Origin: the human T2T-CHM13v2.0 reference genome, Homo sapiens
Length of the DNA: 64,000 nt
NCBI RefSeq assembly: GCF_009914755.1
Contig: NC_060948.1
Direction: 5' to 3' (one strand)
The notes beneath the pieces are model-generated. The model did not search any database. It saw nothing but the letters and a program-made list of their open reading frames with translations, and had not been told where the DNA came from. The translations under genes were made by a program, and so were the position numbers. Of this stretch, positions 33,901 through 49,999 are shown in pieces; position 1 is the stretch's first letter, and each line of letters begins with the position of its first letter.

Positions 33901-36900
33901 AATGGATTGGAAAGGAATAGAATGGAATGGAATGGAATTGACTCAAATGGAATGGACTAGAATGGAATGGATTCGAATGGAAGGCAAAGGAATGGAATCT
34001 ATTGGAATGGACTGTAATGGAATGGAATGGAAGGGATTGGAATGGACTCGAATGGAATGGACTGCAATAGAAAGGATTCGAATGGAATGAAAAAGAATTG
34101 AATGGAATAGAACAGAATGGAATCAAATCGAATGAAATGGAATGGAATAGAAAGGAATGGAATGAAATGGAATGGAAAGGATTCGAATGGAATGCAATCG
34201 AATGGAATGGAATCGAACGGAATGGAATAAAATGGAAGAAAACTGGCAAGAAATGGAATCGAAATGAATGGAGTGTTATGGATCGGACTCAAAAGGAATT
34301 GAATGTAATAGAATGGAGTGGAGTGGACTCGAATATAATGGACTGGAATGGAATGAAATCACATGGAATGGGAACGAATGGAATGGAATGGAAAGGAATG
34401 GAATCGAATGGAAAGGAATCGAATGGAAGGGAATGAAATTGAATCAACAGGAATGGAAGGGAGTAGAATAGACGGTAATGGAATGGACTCGAATAGAATG
34501 GACACGAATGCTCAAATTGAATGGACTCGAATGGAATGGAAACGAAAGGAATGTCATCGAATGGAATTGAATCGGTTGGAATGAAATCGCATAGAATGGA
34601 GTGGAATCAAATGGAATTGAATCGAAAGGAAAGGAAGCGAATGGACTGAAATGAAATGGAATGGAATTGAATGGAATGTAATGCAATGGAATAGAATGGA
34701 ACGAAATTTCACGGAATGGAATCAAACTGAATGGAATCAAATCAATGGAATATAATCAAATGGAATGGAAAGGAATTGAATGGAGTAGATTGGGTTGGAT
34801 GGGATTGGAATGAAATGGAATGGAAAGGACTCGAATTTCATGAAACGGAATGGAATGAATTGGAACGGAATGGACTCGAATGGAATGGAATGACATGGAA
34901 TGGCAAGAAATGGAATGGCATCAAAGGGAATGGAATCGAATGCAATGGAATGCTATGGAATGGAATGGAATGCATTGGAATGGAATGTCCTCTAATGGAA
35001 TGGATTCGAGTGGAATGGAATCTAATATAATGGAGTCGAATGAAATGCAATTGAAAGGAATGGGATCGAATACAATGGAATATACTGGAATGTAATGTAA
35101 AGAACTCGAATGTAATTGAATGGAAAGGAATGTACATGAATGGAATGTAATCGAATGGAAACTAATCCAATGGAATAGTATCTAATGTAATAAAATCGAC
35201 TCAGATAGAGTAGAATGTAATGGAATGGAGTGTAGTGCAATGGAATGGAATGGAATGGAATGCAATGGAATGGAAAGGAATGGAATGGAATGGAATGGAA
35301 TGGGATGGAATGGTATGGAATGGATAGTAATGGACTGGAGTGAAATGGACTGGAAAGGAATGGACTCAAATTGAAAGGTCTCGAAAGGAATGGAGTCAAA
35401 AGGAATGGTCTGGAATGGAATGAACACGAATGTAATGCAATCCAATAGAATGGAGTCGAATGGCATGGAATATAAAGAAATGGAATCGAAGAGAATGGAA
35501 ACAAATGGAATGGAATTGAATGGAATGGAATTGAATGGAATGGGAAGGAATGGAGTGAAATTGTATGCAGTAGAAGAGAATAGAATGGAATGCAAGCAAA
35601 AGGAAAGGAATGGATTGGAATGGAATGGAATTCATTGGAATGGAAGGGAATGTAGTGTAATGGACAGGCCTGGAATAAAGTGGAATGCTACGGTCTCGAA
35701 TGGAATAAAAATGTATGGAATGGAATGCAATGAAACGGAATTGAATGTCATAGAATGTAATGGAATACAAAAAAATGGAATCCAAAATCATTGACTGGAA
35801 AGGCTGGGTGTCGAAAGGAATTGACTCCAATGGAATGGAATCGAATGGAATGGAAGTGAATAGAATCGAACTAAATCGAATGGAATGGAATTGATAGGAA
35901 CGGAATGGAAAGGAATGCAATGATTTGGCATGGAATGGAATCGAATGGCATCGAATGGAATGGAATGGAATGCAATGGAATGGAATGTATTAGAATGTAA
36001 TGAACTTTAATGGAATGTACTCGAATGGATTCGACTGGAATGGAATGTTCTGGAAGTGAATGGACTCCAATGGAATGGATTCAAAAGGAATGGAATCGTA
36101 CGGAATGGAATCTAATGGAATGGAATTAAATGGAAATGAATCAAATTGAATAGCACGGAATTGAATTGAATGGAATCGAATGCAATGGAATCTAATGAAA
36201 CGGAAAGGAAAGGAATGGAATGGAATGGAATGGGCTGGAATGGAAAGGAATCGAAACGAATGGAATGGAATCGAACTGAAGAGACTGGAATGGAATGCAC
36301 TGGAATGGAAGGGAGTGTAATGGAAGGTTGTCGAAAAAAATGGAATCGAATGGAATGGAATTGAATGGAACGGAATAGAGTCGAATGGAATTGAATGGAA
36401 TGGAATGGACTAGAGTGAAATGGAATCGAACCACAAGGAATGGACAGGAATAGAATGGTCTCGAATTGAATGGAATCGTATGGAATGGCATCAAACGGAA
36501 TGGAATGGACAGCCACGGAATGGAATGCACTCGAATGCAATGGAGTCGAAACTAATGGACTGGAATAGAATGGACTCGACTGGTACGGACTCCAATGGAA
36601 TGGAATCGAATGGAAGGGAATCGAACGGAAGGGAATCGAACGGAATGGACTCGAAGGGAAAAGACTGCAATGGAAAGGTCTCGAATGGAATGGAAATTAA
36701 TGGAATGGAATGGAATCGAATGAAATGGAGTCAAAAGTAATGGAATCGAATGGCAAGAAATCGAATGTAATGGAATCGCAAGGAATTGATGTGAACGGAA
36801 CGGAATGGAATGGAATCCAAAGGAATGGAATAGAATGGAATGGAATCGAATGGAAGGGACTCGAATGGAAATCACTCGAATAGAATGCAATTTAATAAAA

Positions 36901-39900
36901 TAGGATCAAATGTAATGGAATGGAATGGAAAGGAATCGAAACGAAAGGAATGGAGACAGATGGAATGGAATGGAACAGAGAGCAATGGTATAGAATGGAA
37001 TGGAATCATCTGGAATGGAATTGAATGGAATGGAATAACATGAAATGGAATGGAATGGAATGGAATGCCTTTGAATTAAATGGACTGGAATGGAATGGTC
37101 TCGAACAGAGTGGAATGGAAAGTGTTGGAATAGAATGGAATGGACTCGTTTGGAATGGTGTAGTATGCAATGCAATCGACTGGCAGGGAATCAAAAGGAA
37201 TGTAATCGAATGGATTGGACTGGAATGCAATGGACTCGAATAGATTGGAAACGGAATGCAAAGGAATGGAATGGAATAGTATGGAATGGAATGGTAAGGA
37301 ATGGAGTGGAATAGACTAGAGTGGAATGGAATGGACTGGAAAGCAATGGACTGGAATGGAACTTTCTTGAATGGACTGGAATCAAACGGAATGGAATGCA
37401 ATGCAATCAAATGGCATGGAATAAAATGGAATGAAAGAGAATCAAATGGAATTGAATCGAATGGAATCGAATGGATTGGAAAGGAATAGAATGGAATGGA
37501 ATGGAATTGACTCAAATGGAATGGACTAGAATGGAATGGATTCGAATGGAAGGCAAAGGAATGGAATCTATTGGAATGGACTGTAATGGAATGGAATGGA
37601 AGGGATTGGAATGGACTCGAATGGAATGGACTGCAATAGAAAGGATTCGAATGGAATGAAAAAGAATTGAATGGAATAGAACAGAATGGAATCAAATCGA
37701 ATGAAATGGAATGGAATAGAAAGGAATGGAATGAAATGGAATGGAAAGGATTCGAATGGAATGCAATCGAATGGAATGGAATCGAACGGAATGGAATAAA
37801 ATGGAAGAAAACTGGCAAGAAATGGAATCGAAATGAATGGAGTGTTATGGATCGGACTCAAAAGGAATTGAATGTAATAGAATGGAGTGGAGTGGACTCG
37901 AATATAATGGACTGGAATGGAATGAAATCACATGGAATGGGAACGAATGGAATGGAATGGAAAGGAATGGAATCGAATGGAAAGGAATCGAATGGAAGGG
38001 AATGAAATTGAATCAACAGGAATGGAAGGGAGTAGAATAGACGGTAATGGAATGGACTCGAATAGAATGGACACGAATGCTCAAATTGAATGGACTCGAA
38101 TGGAATGGAAACGAAAGGAATGTCATCGAATGGAATTGAATCGGTTGGAATGAAATCGCATAGAATGGAGTGGAATCAAATGGAATTGAATCGAAAGGAA
38201 AGGAAGCGAATGGACTGAAATGAAATGGAATGGAATTGAATGGAAAGTAATGCAATGGAATAGAATGGAACGAAATTTCACGGAATGGAATCAAACTGAA
38301 TGGAATCAAATCAATGGAATATAATCAAATGGAATGGAAAGGAATTGAATGGAGTAGATTGGGTTGGATGGGATTGGAATTAAATGGAATGGAAAGGACT
38401 CGAATTTCATGAAACGGAATGGAATGAATTGGAACGGAATGGACTCGAATGGAATGGAATGACATGGAATGGCAAGAAATGGAATGGCATCAAAGGGAAT
38501 GGAATCGAATGCAATGGAATGCTATGGAATGGAATGGAATGCATTGGAATGGAATGTCCTCTAATGGAATGGATTCGAGTGGAATGGAATCTAATATAAT
38601 GGAGTCGAATGAAATGGAATTGAAAGGAATGGGATCGAATACAATGGAATATACTGGAATGTAATGTAAAGAACTCGAATGTAATTGAATGGAAAGGAAT
38701 GTACATGAATGGAATGTAATCGAATGGAAAGTAATCCAATGGAATAGTATCTAATGTAATAAAATCGACTCAGATAGAGTAGAATGTAATGGAATGGAGT
38801 GTAGTGCAATGGAATGGAATGGAATGGAATGCAATGGAATGGAAAGGAATGGAATGGAATGGAATGGAATGGGATGGAATGGTATGGAATGGATAGTAAT
38901 GGACTGGAGTGAAATGGACTGGAAAGGAATGGAATCAAATTGAAAGGTCTCGAAAGGAATGGAGTCAAAAGGAATGGTCTGGAATGGAATGAACACGAAT
39001 GTAATGCAATCCAATAGAATGGAGTCGAATGGCATGGAATATAAAGAAATGGAATCGAAGAGAATGGAAACAAATGGAATGGAATTGAATGGAATGGAAT
39101 TGAATGGAATGGGAAGGAATGGAGTGAAATTGTATGCAGTAGAAGAGAATAGAATGGAATGCAAGCAAAAGGAAAGGAATGGATTGGAATGGAATGGAAT
39201 TCATTGGAATGGAAGGGAATGTAGTGTAATGGACAGGCCTGGAATAAAGTGGAATGCTACGGTCTCGAATGGAATAAAAATGTATGGAATGGAATGCAAT
39301 GAAACGGAATCGAATGTCATAGAATGTAATGGAATACAAAAAAATGGAATCCAAAATCATTGACTGGAAAGGCTGGGTGTCGAAAGGAATTGACTCCAAT
39401 GGAATGGAATCGAATGGAATGGAAGTGAATAGAATCGAACTAAATCGAATGGAATGGAATTGATAGGAACGGAATGGAAAGGAATGCAATGATTTGGCAT
39501 GGAATGGAATCGAATGGCATCGAATGGAATGGAATGGAATGCAATGGAATGGAATGTATTAGAATGTAATGAACTTTAATGGAATGTACTCGAATGGATT
39601 CGACTGGAATGGAATGTTCTGGAAGTGAATGGACTCCAATGGAATGGATTCAAAAGGAATGGAATCGTACGGAATGGAATCTAATGGAATGGAATTAAAT
39701 GGAAATGAATCAAATTGAATAGCACGGAATTGAATTGAATGGAATCGAATGCAATGGAATCTAATGAAACGGAAAGGAAAGGAATGGAATGGAATGGAAT
39801 GGGCTGGAATGGAAAGGAATCGAAACGAATGGAATGGAATCGAACTGAAGAGACTGGAATGGAATGCACTGGAATGGAAGGGAGTGTAATGGAAGGTTCT

Positions 39901-40600
39901 CGAAAAAAATGGAATCGAATGGAATGGAATTGAATGGAACGGAATAGAGTCGAATGGAATTGAATGGAATGGAATGGACTAGAGTGAAATGGAATCGAAC
40001 CACAAGGAATGGACAGGAATAAAATGGTCTCGAATTGAATGGAATCGTATGGAATGGCATCAAACGGAATGGAATGGACAGCCACGGAATGGAATGCACT
40101 CGAATGCAATGGAGTCGAAACTAATGGACTGGAATAGAATGGACTCGACTCGTACGGACTCCAATGGAATGGAATCGAATGGAAGGGAATCGAACGGAAG
40201 GGAATCGAACGGAATGGACTCGAAGGGAAAAGACTGCAATGGAAAGGTCTCGAATGGAATGGAAATTAATGGAATGGAATGGAATCGAATGAAATGGAGT
40301 CAAAAGGAATGGAATCGAATGGCAAGAAATCGAATGTAATGGAATCGCAAGGAATTGATGTGAACGGAACGGAATGGAATGGAATCCAAAGGAATGGAAT
40401 AGAATGGAATGGAATCGAATGGAAAGGACTCGAATGGAAATCACTCGAATAGAATGCAATTTAATAAAATAGGATCAAATGTAATGGAATGGAATGGAAA
40501 GGAATCGAAACGAAAGGAATGGAGACAGATGGAATGGAATGGAACAGAGAGCAATGGTATAGAATGGAATGGAATCATCTGGAATGGAATTGAATGGAAT
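33450..40600 (+). repeat. Tandem duplication of a 3569 bp DYZ1 monomer; ends approximate
   Basis: Private variants (GATCGG, TGACATGGAATGGCAAG, 15-bp duplication at 36612 and 40181) recur at +3569. Confidence 0.85.
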
Positions 40601-41249
40601 GGAATAATATGAAATGGAATGGAATGGAATGGAATGTCCTTGAATTAAATGGACTGGAATGGAATGGACTCGAACAGAGTGGAATGGAAAGTGTTGAAAT
40701 AGAATGGAATGGACTCGTTTGGAATGGTGTAGTATGCAATGCAATCGACTGGCAGGGAATCAAAAGGAATGTAATCGAATGGATTGGACTGGAATGCAAT
40801 GGACTCGAATAGATTGGAAGCGGAATGCAAAGGAATGGAATGGAATAGTATGGAATGGAATGGAAAGGAATGGAGTGGAATAGACTAGAGTGGAATGGAA
40901 TGGACTCGAAAGCAATGGTCTGGAATGGAACTTTCTTGAATGGACTGGAATCAAACGGAATGGAATGCAATGCAATCAAATGGCATGGAATAAAATAGAA
41001 TGAAAGAGAATCAAACGGAATTGAATCGAATGGAATCGAATGGATTGGAAAGGAATAGAATGGAATGGAATGGAATTGACTCAAATGGAATGGACTAGAA
41101 TGGAATGGATTCGAATGGAAGGCAAAGGAATGGAATCTATTGGAATGGACTGTAATGGAATGGAATGGAAGGGATTGGAATGGACTCGAATGGAATGGAC
41201 TGCAATAGAAAGGATTCGAATGGAATGAAAAAGAATTGAATGGAATAGA

Positions 41250-44200
41250 ACAGAATGGAATCAAACCTCATGAAATAGAATGGAATAGAAAGGAATGGAA
41301 TGAAATGGAATGGAAAGGATTCGAATGGAATGCAATCGAATGGAATGCAATCGAATGGAATGGAATCGAACGGAATGGAATAAAATGGAAGAAAACTGGC
41401 AAGAAATGGAATCGAAATGAATGGAGTGTTAAGGAACGGACTCAAAAGGAATTGAATGTAATAGAATGGAGTGGAGTGGACTCGAATATAATGGACTGGA
41501 ATGGAATGAAATCACATGGAATGGGAACGAATGGAATGGAATGGAAAGGAATGGAATCGAATGGAAAGGAATCGAATGGAAGGGAATGAAATTGAATCAA
41601 CAGGAATGGAAGGGAATAGAATAGACGGTAATGGAATGGACTCGAATAGAATGGACACGAATGCTCAAATTGAATGGACTCGAATGGAATGGAAATGAAA
41701 GGAATGTCATCGAATGCAATTCAATCGATTGGAATGAAATCGCATAGGATGGAGTGGAATCAAATGGAATTGAATCGAAAGGAAAAGAAGCGAATTGACT
41801 GAAATGAAATGGAATGGAATTGAATGGAAAGTAATGCAACGGAATAGAATGGAATGAAATTTCACGGAATGGAATCAAACTGAATGGAATCAAATCAATG
41901 GAATATAATCAAATGGAATGGAAAGGAATTGAATGGAGTAGATTGTATTGGATGGGATTGGAATGAAATGTACTGGAAAGGACTCGAATTTCATGAAACG
42001 GAATGGAATGTATTAGAACGGAATGGACTCGAATGGAATTGAATGTCACGGAATGGCATCAAATGGAATGGCATCAATTGGAATGGAATCGAATGCAATG
42101 GAATGCTATGGAATGGAATGGAATGCATTGGAATGGAATGTCCTCTAATGGAATGGATTCGAGTGGAATGGAATCGAATATAATGGAGTCTAATGAAATG
42201 TAATTGAAAGGAATGGGATCCAATACAATGGAATATACTGGAATGTAATGTAATGAACTCGAATGTAATTGACTGGAATGGAATGTACATGAGTGGAATG
42301 TAATCGAATGGAAAGTAATCCAATGGAATAGAATCTAATGCAATAAAATCGACTCAAATAGAGTAGAATGTAATGGAATGGAGTGCAGTGCAATGGAATG
42401 GAATGGAATGGGATGGAATGGTATGGAATGGATAGTAATGGACTGGAGTGAAATGGACTGGAAAATAATGGACTCAAATTGAAAGGGCTCGAAAGGAATG
42501 GAGTCAAATGGAATGGTCTGGAATGGAATGAACACGAATGTAATGCAATCCAATAGAATGGAATCGAATGGCATGGAATATAAAGAAATGGAATCGAAGA
42601 GAATGGAAACAAATGGAATGGAATTGAATGGAATGGAATTGAATGGAATGGGAACGAATGGAGTGAAATTGTATGCAGTAGAAGAGAATAGAATGGAATG
42701 CAAGCGAAAGGAAAGGAATGGATTGGAATGGAATGGAATTCATTGGAATGGAAGGGAATGTAGTGTAATGGACAGGCCTGTAATAAAGTGGAATGCTACG
42801 GTCTCGAATGGAATAAAAATGTATGGAATGGAATGCAATGAAACGGAATCGAATGTCATAGAAGTAATGGAATGCAAAAAAATGGACTCCAAAATCATTG
42901 ATTGGAAAGGCTGGGTGTCGAAAGGAATTTACTCCAATGGAATGGAATCGAATGGAATGGAAGTGAATAGAATCGAACTAAATCGAATGGAATGGAATTG
43001 ATAGGAACGGAATGGAAAGGAATGCAATGATTTCGCATGGAATGGAATCGAATGGCATCGAATGGAATGGAATGGAATGCAATGGAATGGAATGTATTAA
43101 AATGTAATGAACTTTAATGGAATGTACTCGAATGGATTCGACTGGAATGGAATGTTCTCGAAGTGAATGGACTCCAATGGAATGGATTCGAAAGGAATGG
43201 AATCTAATGGAATGGAATTAAATGGAAATGAATCAAATTTAATAGAACGGAATTGAATTGAATGGAATCGAATGCAATGGAATCTAATGAAACGGAAAGG
43301 AAAGGAATGGAATGGAATGGAATGGAATGGGCTGGAATGGAATGGAATCGAAACGAATGGAATGGAATCGAACTGAAGAGACTGGAATGGAATACACTGG
43401 AATGGAAGGGAATGTAATGGAAGGTTCTCGAAAAAAATGTAATTGAAAGGAATGGAATTGAGTGGAACGGAATAGAGTCGAATGGAATTCAATGGAATGG
43501 AATGGACTAGAGTGAAATGGAATCGAACCACAAGGAATGGACAGGAATAGAATGGTCTCGAATTGAATGGAATCGTATGGAATGGCATCAAACGGAATGG
43601 AATGGACAGCCACGGAATGGAATGCACTCGAATGCAATGGAGTCGAAACTAATGGACTGGAATAGAATGGACTCGACTGGTACGGACTCCAATGGAATGG
43701 AATCGAATGGAAGGGAATCGAACGGAATGGACTCGAAGGGAAAAGACTGCAATGGAAAGGTCTCGAATGGAACGGAAATTAATGGAATGGAATGGAATCG
43801 AATGAAATGGAGTCAAAAGGAATGGAATCGAATGGCAAGAAATCGAATGTAATGGAATCGCAAGGAATTGATGTGAACGGAACGGAATGGAATGGAATCC
43901 AAAGGAATGGAATAGAATGGAATGGAATCGAATGGAAAGGACTCGAATGGAAATCACTCGAATAGAATGCAATTTAATAAAATAGGATCAAATGTAATGG
44001 AATGGAATGGAAAGGAATCGAAACGAAAGGAATGGAGACAGATGGAATGGAATGGAACAGAGAGCAATGGTATAGAATGGAATGGAATCATCTGGAATGG
44101 AATTGAATGGAATGGAATAACATGAAATGGAATGGAATGGAATGGAATGCCTTTGAATTAAATGGACTGGAATGGAATGGTCTCGAACAGAGTGGAATGG

Positions 44201-47200
44201 AAAGTGTTGGAATAGAATGGAATGGACTCGTTTGGAATGGTGTAGTATGCAATGCAATCGACTGGCAGGGAATCAAAAGGAATGTAATCGAATGGATTGG
44301 ACTGGAATGCAATGGACTCGAATAGATTGGAAACGGAATGCAAAGGAATGGAATGGAATAGTATGGAATGGAATGGAAAGGAATGGAGTGGAATAGACTA
44401 GAGTGGAATGGAATGGACTGGAAAGCAATGGACTGGAATGGAACTTTCTTGAATGGACTGGAATCAAACGGAATGGAATGCAATGCAATCAAATGGCATG
44501 GAATAAAATAGAATGAAAGAGAATCAAATGGAATTGAATCGAATGGAATCGAATGGATTGGAAAGGAATAGAATGGAATGGAATGGAATTGACTCAAATG
44601 GAATGGACTAGAATGGAATGGATTCGAATGGAAGGCAAAGGAATGGAATCTATTGGAATGGACTGTAATGGAATGGAATGGAAGGGATTGGAATGGACTC
44701 GAATGGAATGGACTGCAATAGAAAGGATTCGAATGGAATGAAAAAGAATTGAATGGAATAGAACAGAATGGAATCAAACCTCATGAAATAGAATGGAATA
44801 GAAAGGAATGGAATGAAATCGAATGGAAAGGATTCGAATGGAATGCAATCGAATGGAATGCAATCGAATGGAATGGAATCGAACGGAATGGAATAAAATG
44901 GAAGAAAACTGGCAAGAAATGGAATCGAAATGAATGGAGTGTTAAGGAACGGACTCAAAAGGAATTGAATGTAATAGAATGGAGTGGAGTAGACTCGAAT
45001 ATAATGGACTGGAATGGAATGAAATCACATGGAATGGGAACGAATGGAATGGAATGGAAAGGAATGGAATCGAATGGAAAGGAATCGAATGGAAGGGAAT
45101 GAAATTGAATCAACAGGAATGGAAGGGAATAGAATAGACGGTAATGGAATGGAATCGAATAGAATGGACACGAATGCTCAAATTGAATGGACTCGAATGG
45201 AATGGAAATGAAAGGAATGTCATCGAATGCAATTCAATCGATTGGAATGAAATCGCATAGGATGGAGTGGAATCAAATGGAATTGAATCGAAAGGAAAAG
45301 AAGCGAATTGACTGAAATGAAATGGAATGGAATTGAATGGAAAGTAATGCAACGGAATAGAATGGAATGAAATTTCACGGAATGGAATCAAACTGAATGG
45401 AATCAAATCAATGGAATATAATCAAATGGAATGGAAAGGAATTGAATGGAGTAGATTGTATTGGATGGGATTGGAATGAAATGTACTGGAAAGGACTCGA
45501 ATTTCATGAAACGGAATGGAATGTATTAGAACGGAATGGACTCGAATGGAATTGAATGTCACGGAATGGCATCAAATGGAATGGCATCAATTGGAATGGA
45601 ATCGAATGCAATGGAATGCTATGGAATGGAATGGAATGCATTGGAATGGAATGTCCTCTAATGGAATGGATTCGAGTGGAATGGAATCGAATATAATGGA
45701 GTCTAATGAAATGGAATTGAAAGGAATGGGATCCAATACAATGGAATATACTGGAATGTAATGTAATGAACTCGAATGTAATTGACTGGAATGGAATGTA
45801 CATGAGTGGAATGTAATCGAATGGAAAGTAATCCAATGGAATAGAATCTAATGCAATAAAATCGACTCAAATAGAGTAGAATGTAATGGAATGGAGTGCA
45901 GTGCAATGGAATGGAATGGAATGGGATGGAATGGTATGGAATGGATAGTAACGGACTGGAGTGAAATGGACTGGAAAATAATGGACTCAAATTGAAAGGG
46001 CTCGAAAGGAATGGAGTCAAATGGAATGGTCTGGAATGGAATGAACACGAATGTAATGCAATCCAATAGAATGGAATCGAATGGCATGGAATATAAAGAA
46101 ATGGAATCGAAGAGAATGGAAACAAATGGAATGGAATTGAATGGAATGGAATTGAATGGAATGGGAACGAATGGAGTGAAATTGTATGCAGTAGAAGAGA
46201 ATAGAATGGAATGCAAGCGAAAGGAAAGGAATGGATTGGAATGGAATGGAATTCATTGGAATGGAAGGGAATGTAGTGTAATGGACAGGCCTGGAATAAA
46301 GTGGAATGCTACGGTCTCGAATGGAATAAAAATGTATGGAATGGAATGCAATGAAACGGAATCGAATGTCATAGAAGTAATGGAATGCAAAAAAATGGAC
46401 TCCAAAATCATTGACTGGAAAGGCTGGGTGTCGAAAGGAATTTACTCCAATGGAATGGAATCGAATGGAATGGAAGTGAATAGAATCGAACTAAATCGAA
46501 TAGAATGGAATTGATAGGAACGGAATGGAAAGGAATGCAATGATTTCGCATGGAATGGAATCGAATGGCATCGAATGGAATGGAATGGAATGCAATGGAA
46601 TGGAATGTATTAAAATGTAATGAACTTTAATGGAATGTACTCGAATGGATTCGACTGGAATGGAATGTTCTCGAAGTGAATGGACTCCAATGGAATGGAT
46701 TCGAAAGGAATGGAATCTAATGGAATGGAATTAAATGGAAATGAATCAAATTGAATAGAACGGAATTGAATTGAATGGAATCGAATGCAATGGAATCTAA
46801 TGAAACGGAAAGGAAAGGAATGGAATGGAATGGAATGGAATGGGCTGGAATGGAATGGAATCGAAACGAATGGAATGGAATCGAACTGAAGAGACTGGAA
46901 TGGAATACACTGGAATGGAAGGGAATGTAATGGAAGGTTCTCGAAAAAATGTAATTGAAAGGAATGGAATTGAGTGGAACGGAATAGAGTCGAATGGAAT
47001 TCAATGGAATGGAATGGACTAGAGTGAAATGGAATCGAACCACAAGGAATGGACAGGAATAGAATGGTCTCGAATTGAATGGAATCGTATGGAATGGCAT
47101 CAAACGGAATGGAATGGACAGCCACGGAATGGAATGCACTCGAATGCAATGGAGTCGAAACTAATGGACTGGAATAGAATGGACTCGACTGGTACGGACT

Positions 47201-47300
47201 CCAATGGAATGGAATCGAATGGAAGGGAATCGAACGGAATGGACTCGAAGGGAAAAGACTGCAATGGAAAGGTCTCGAATGGAATGGAAATTAATGGAAT
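41250..47300 (+). repeat. Pair of related 3513/3512 bp DYZ1 monomers; ends approximate
   Basis: TCAAACCTCATG, GTTAAGGAAC, the 1-bp deletion GAAGTAATG and GATTTCGCAT recur at +3513. Confidence 0.85.
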
Positions 47301-49999
47301 GGAATGGAATCGAATGAAATGGAGTCAAAAGGAATGGAATCGAATGGCAAGAAATCGGATGTAATGGAATCGCAAGGAATTGATGTGAACGGAACGGAAT
47401 GGAATGGAATCCAAAGGAATGGAATAGAATGGAATGGAATCGAATGGAAAGGACTCGAATGGAAATCACTCGAATAGAATGCAATTTAATAAAATAGGAT
47501 CAAATGTAATGGAATGGAATGGAAAGGAATCGAAACGAAAGGAATGGAGACAGATGGAATGGAATGGAACAGAGAGCAATGGTATAGAATGGAATGGAAT
47601 CATCTGGAATGGAATTGAATGGAATGGAATAACATGAAATGGACTGGAATGGAATGGAATGCCCTTGAATTAAATGGACTGGAATGGAATGGACTCGAAC
47701 AGAGTGGAATGGAAAGTGTTGAAATAGAATGGAATGGACTCGTTTGGAATGGTCTAGTATGCAATGCAATCGACTGGCAGGGAATCAAAAGGAATGTAAT
47801 CGAATGGATTGGACTGGAATGCAATGGACTCGAATAGATTGGAAACGGAATGCAAAGGAATGGAATGGAATAGTATGGAATGGAATGGAAAGGAATGGAG
47901 TGGAATAGACTAGAGTGGAATGGAATGGACTCGAAAGCAATGGACTGGAATGGAACTTTCTTGAATGGACTGGAATCAAACGGAATGGAATGTAATGCAA
48001 TCAAATGGCATGGAATAAAATAGAATGAAAGAGAATCAAATGGAATTGAATCGAATGGAATCGAATGGATTGGCAAGGAATAGAATGGAATGGAATGGAA
48101 TTGACTCAAATGGAATGGACTAGAATGGAATGGATTCGAATGGAAGGCAAAGGAATGGAATCTATTGGAATGGACTGTAATGGAATGGAATGGAAGGGAT
48201 TGGAATGGACTCGAATGGAATGGACTGCAATAGAAAGGATTCGAATGGAATGAAAAAGAATTGAATGGAATAGAACAGAATGGAATCAAATCGAATGAAA
48301 TGGAATGGAATAGAAAGGAATGGAATGAAATGGAATGGAAAGGATTCGAATGGAATGCAATCGAATGGACTGGAATCGAACGGAATGGAATAAAATGGAA
48401 GAAAACTGGCAAGAAATGGAATCGAAATGAATGGAGTGTTATGGAACGGACTCAAAAGGAATTGAATGTAATAGAATGGAGTGGAGTGGACTCCAATATA
48501 ATAGACTGGAATGGAATGAAATCACATGGAATGGGAACGAATGGAATGGAATGGAAAGGAATGGAATCGAATGGAAAGGAATCGAATGGAAGGGAATGAA
48601 ATTGAATCAACAGGAATGGAAAGGAGTAGAATAGACGGTAATGGAATGGGCTCGAATAGAATGGACACGAATGCTCAAATTAAATGGACTCGAATGGAAT
48701 GGAAACGAAAGGAATGTCATCGAATGGAATTGAATCGATTGGAATGAAATCACATAGAATGGAGTGGAATCAAATGGAATTGAATCGAAAGGAAAGGAAG
48801 CGAATGGACTGAAATGAAATGGAATGGAATTGAATGGAAATTAATGCAATGGAATAGAATGGAAAGAAATTTCACGGAATGGAATCAAACTGAATGGAAT
48901 CAAATCAATGGAATATAATCAAATGGAATGGAAAGGAATTGAATGGAGTAGATTGGATTGGATGGGATTGGAATGAAATGTACTGGAAAGGACTCGAATT
49001 TCATGAAACGGAATGGAATGAATTAGAACGGAATGGACTCGAATGGAATGGAATATCACGGAATGGCATCAAATGGAATGGCATCAATTGGAATGGAATC
49101 GAATGCAATGGAATGCTATGGAATGGAATGGAATGCATTGGAATGGAATGTCCTCTAATGGAATGGATTCGAGTGGAATGGAATCGAATATAATGGAGTC
49201 TAATGAAATGGAATTGAAAGGAATGGGATCCAATACAATGGAATATACTGGAATGTAATGTAATGAACTCGAATGTAATTGACTGGAATGGAATGTACAT
49301 GAATGGAATGTAATCGAATGGAAAGTAATCCAATGGAATAGAATCTAATGCAATAAAATCGACTCAAGTAGAGTAGAATATAATGGAATGGAGTGCAGTG
49401 CAATGGAATGGAATGGAATGGAATGCAATGGAATGGAATGGAATGGAATGGAATGGAATGTGATGGAATGGTATGGAATGGATAGTAATGGACTGGAGTG
49501 AAATGGACTGGAAAGGAATGGACTCAAATTGAAAGGGCTCGAAAGGAATGGAGTCAAATGGAATGGTCTGGAATGGAATGAACACGAATGTAATGCAATC
49601 CAATAGAATGGAATCGAATGGCATGGAATATAAAGAAATGGAATCGAAGAGAATGGAAACAAATGGAATGGAATTGAATGGAATGGAATTGAATGGAATG
49701 GGAACGAATGGAGTGAAATTGTATGCAGTAGAAGAGAATAGAATGGAATGCAAGCGAAAGGAAAGGAATGGATTGGAATGGAATGGAATTCATTGGAATG
49801 GAAGGGAATGTAGTGTAATGGACAGGCCTGGAATAAAGTGGAATGCTACGGTCTCGAATGGAATAAAAATGTATGGAATGGAATGCAATGAAACGGAATC
49901 GAATGTCATAGAATGTAATGGAATGCAAAAAAATGGAATCCAAAATCATTGACTGGAAAGGCTGGGTGTCGAAAGGAATTGACTCCAATGGAATGGAAT

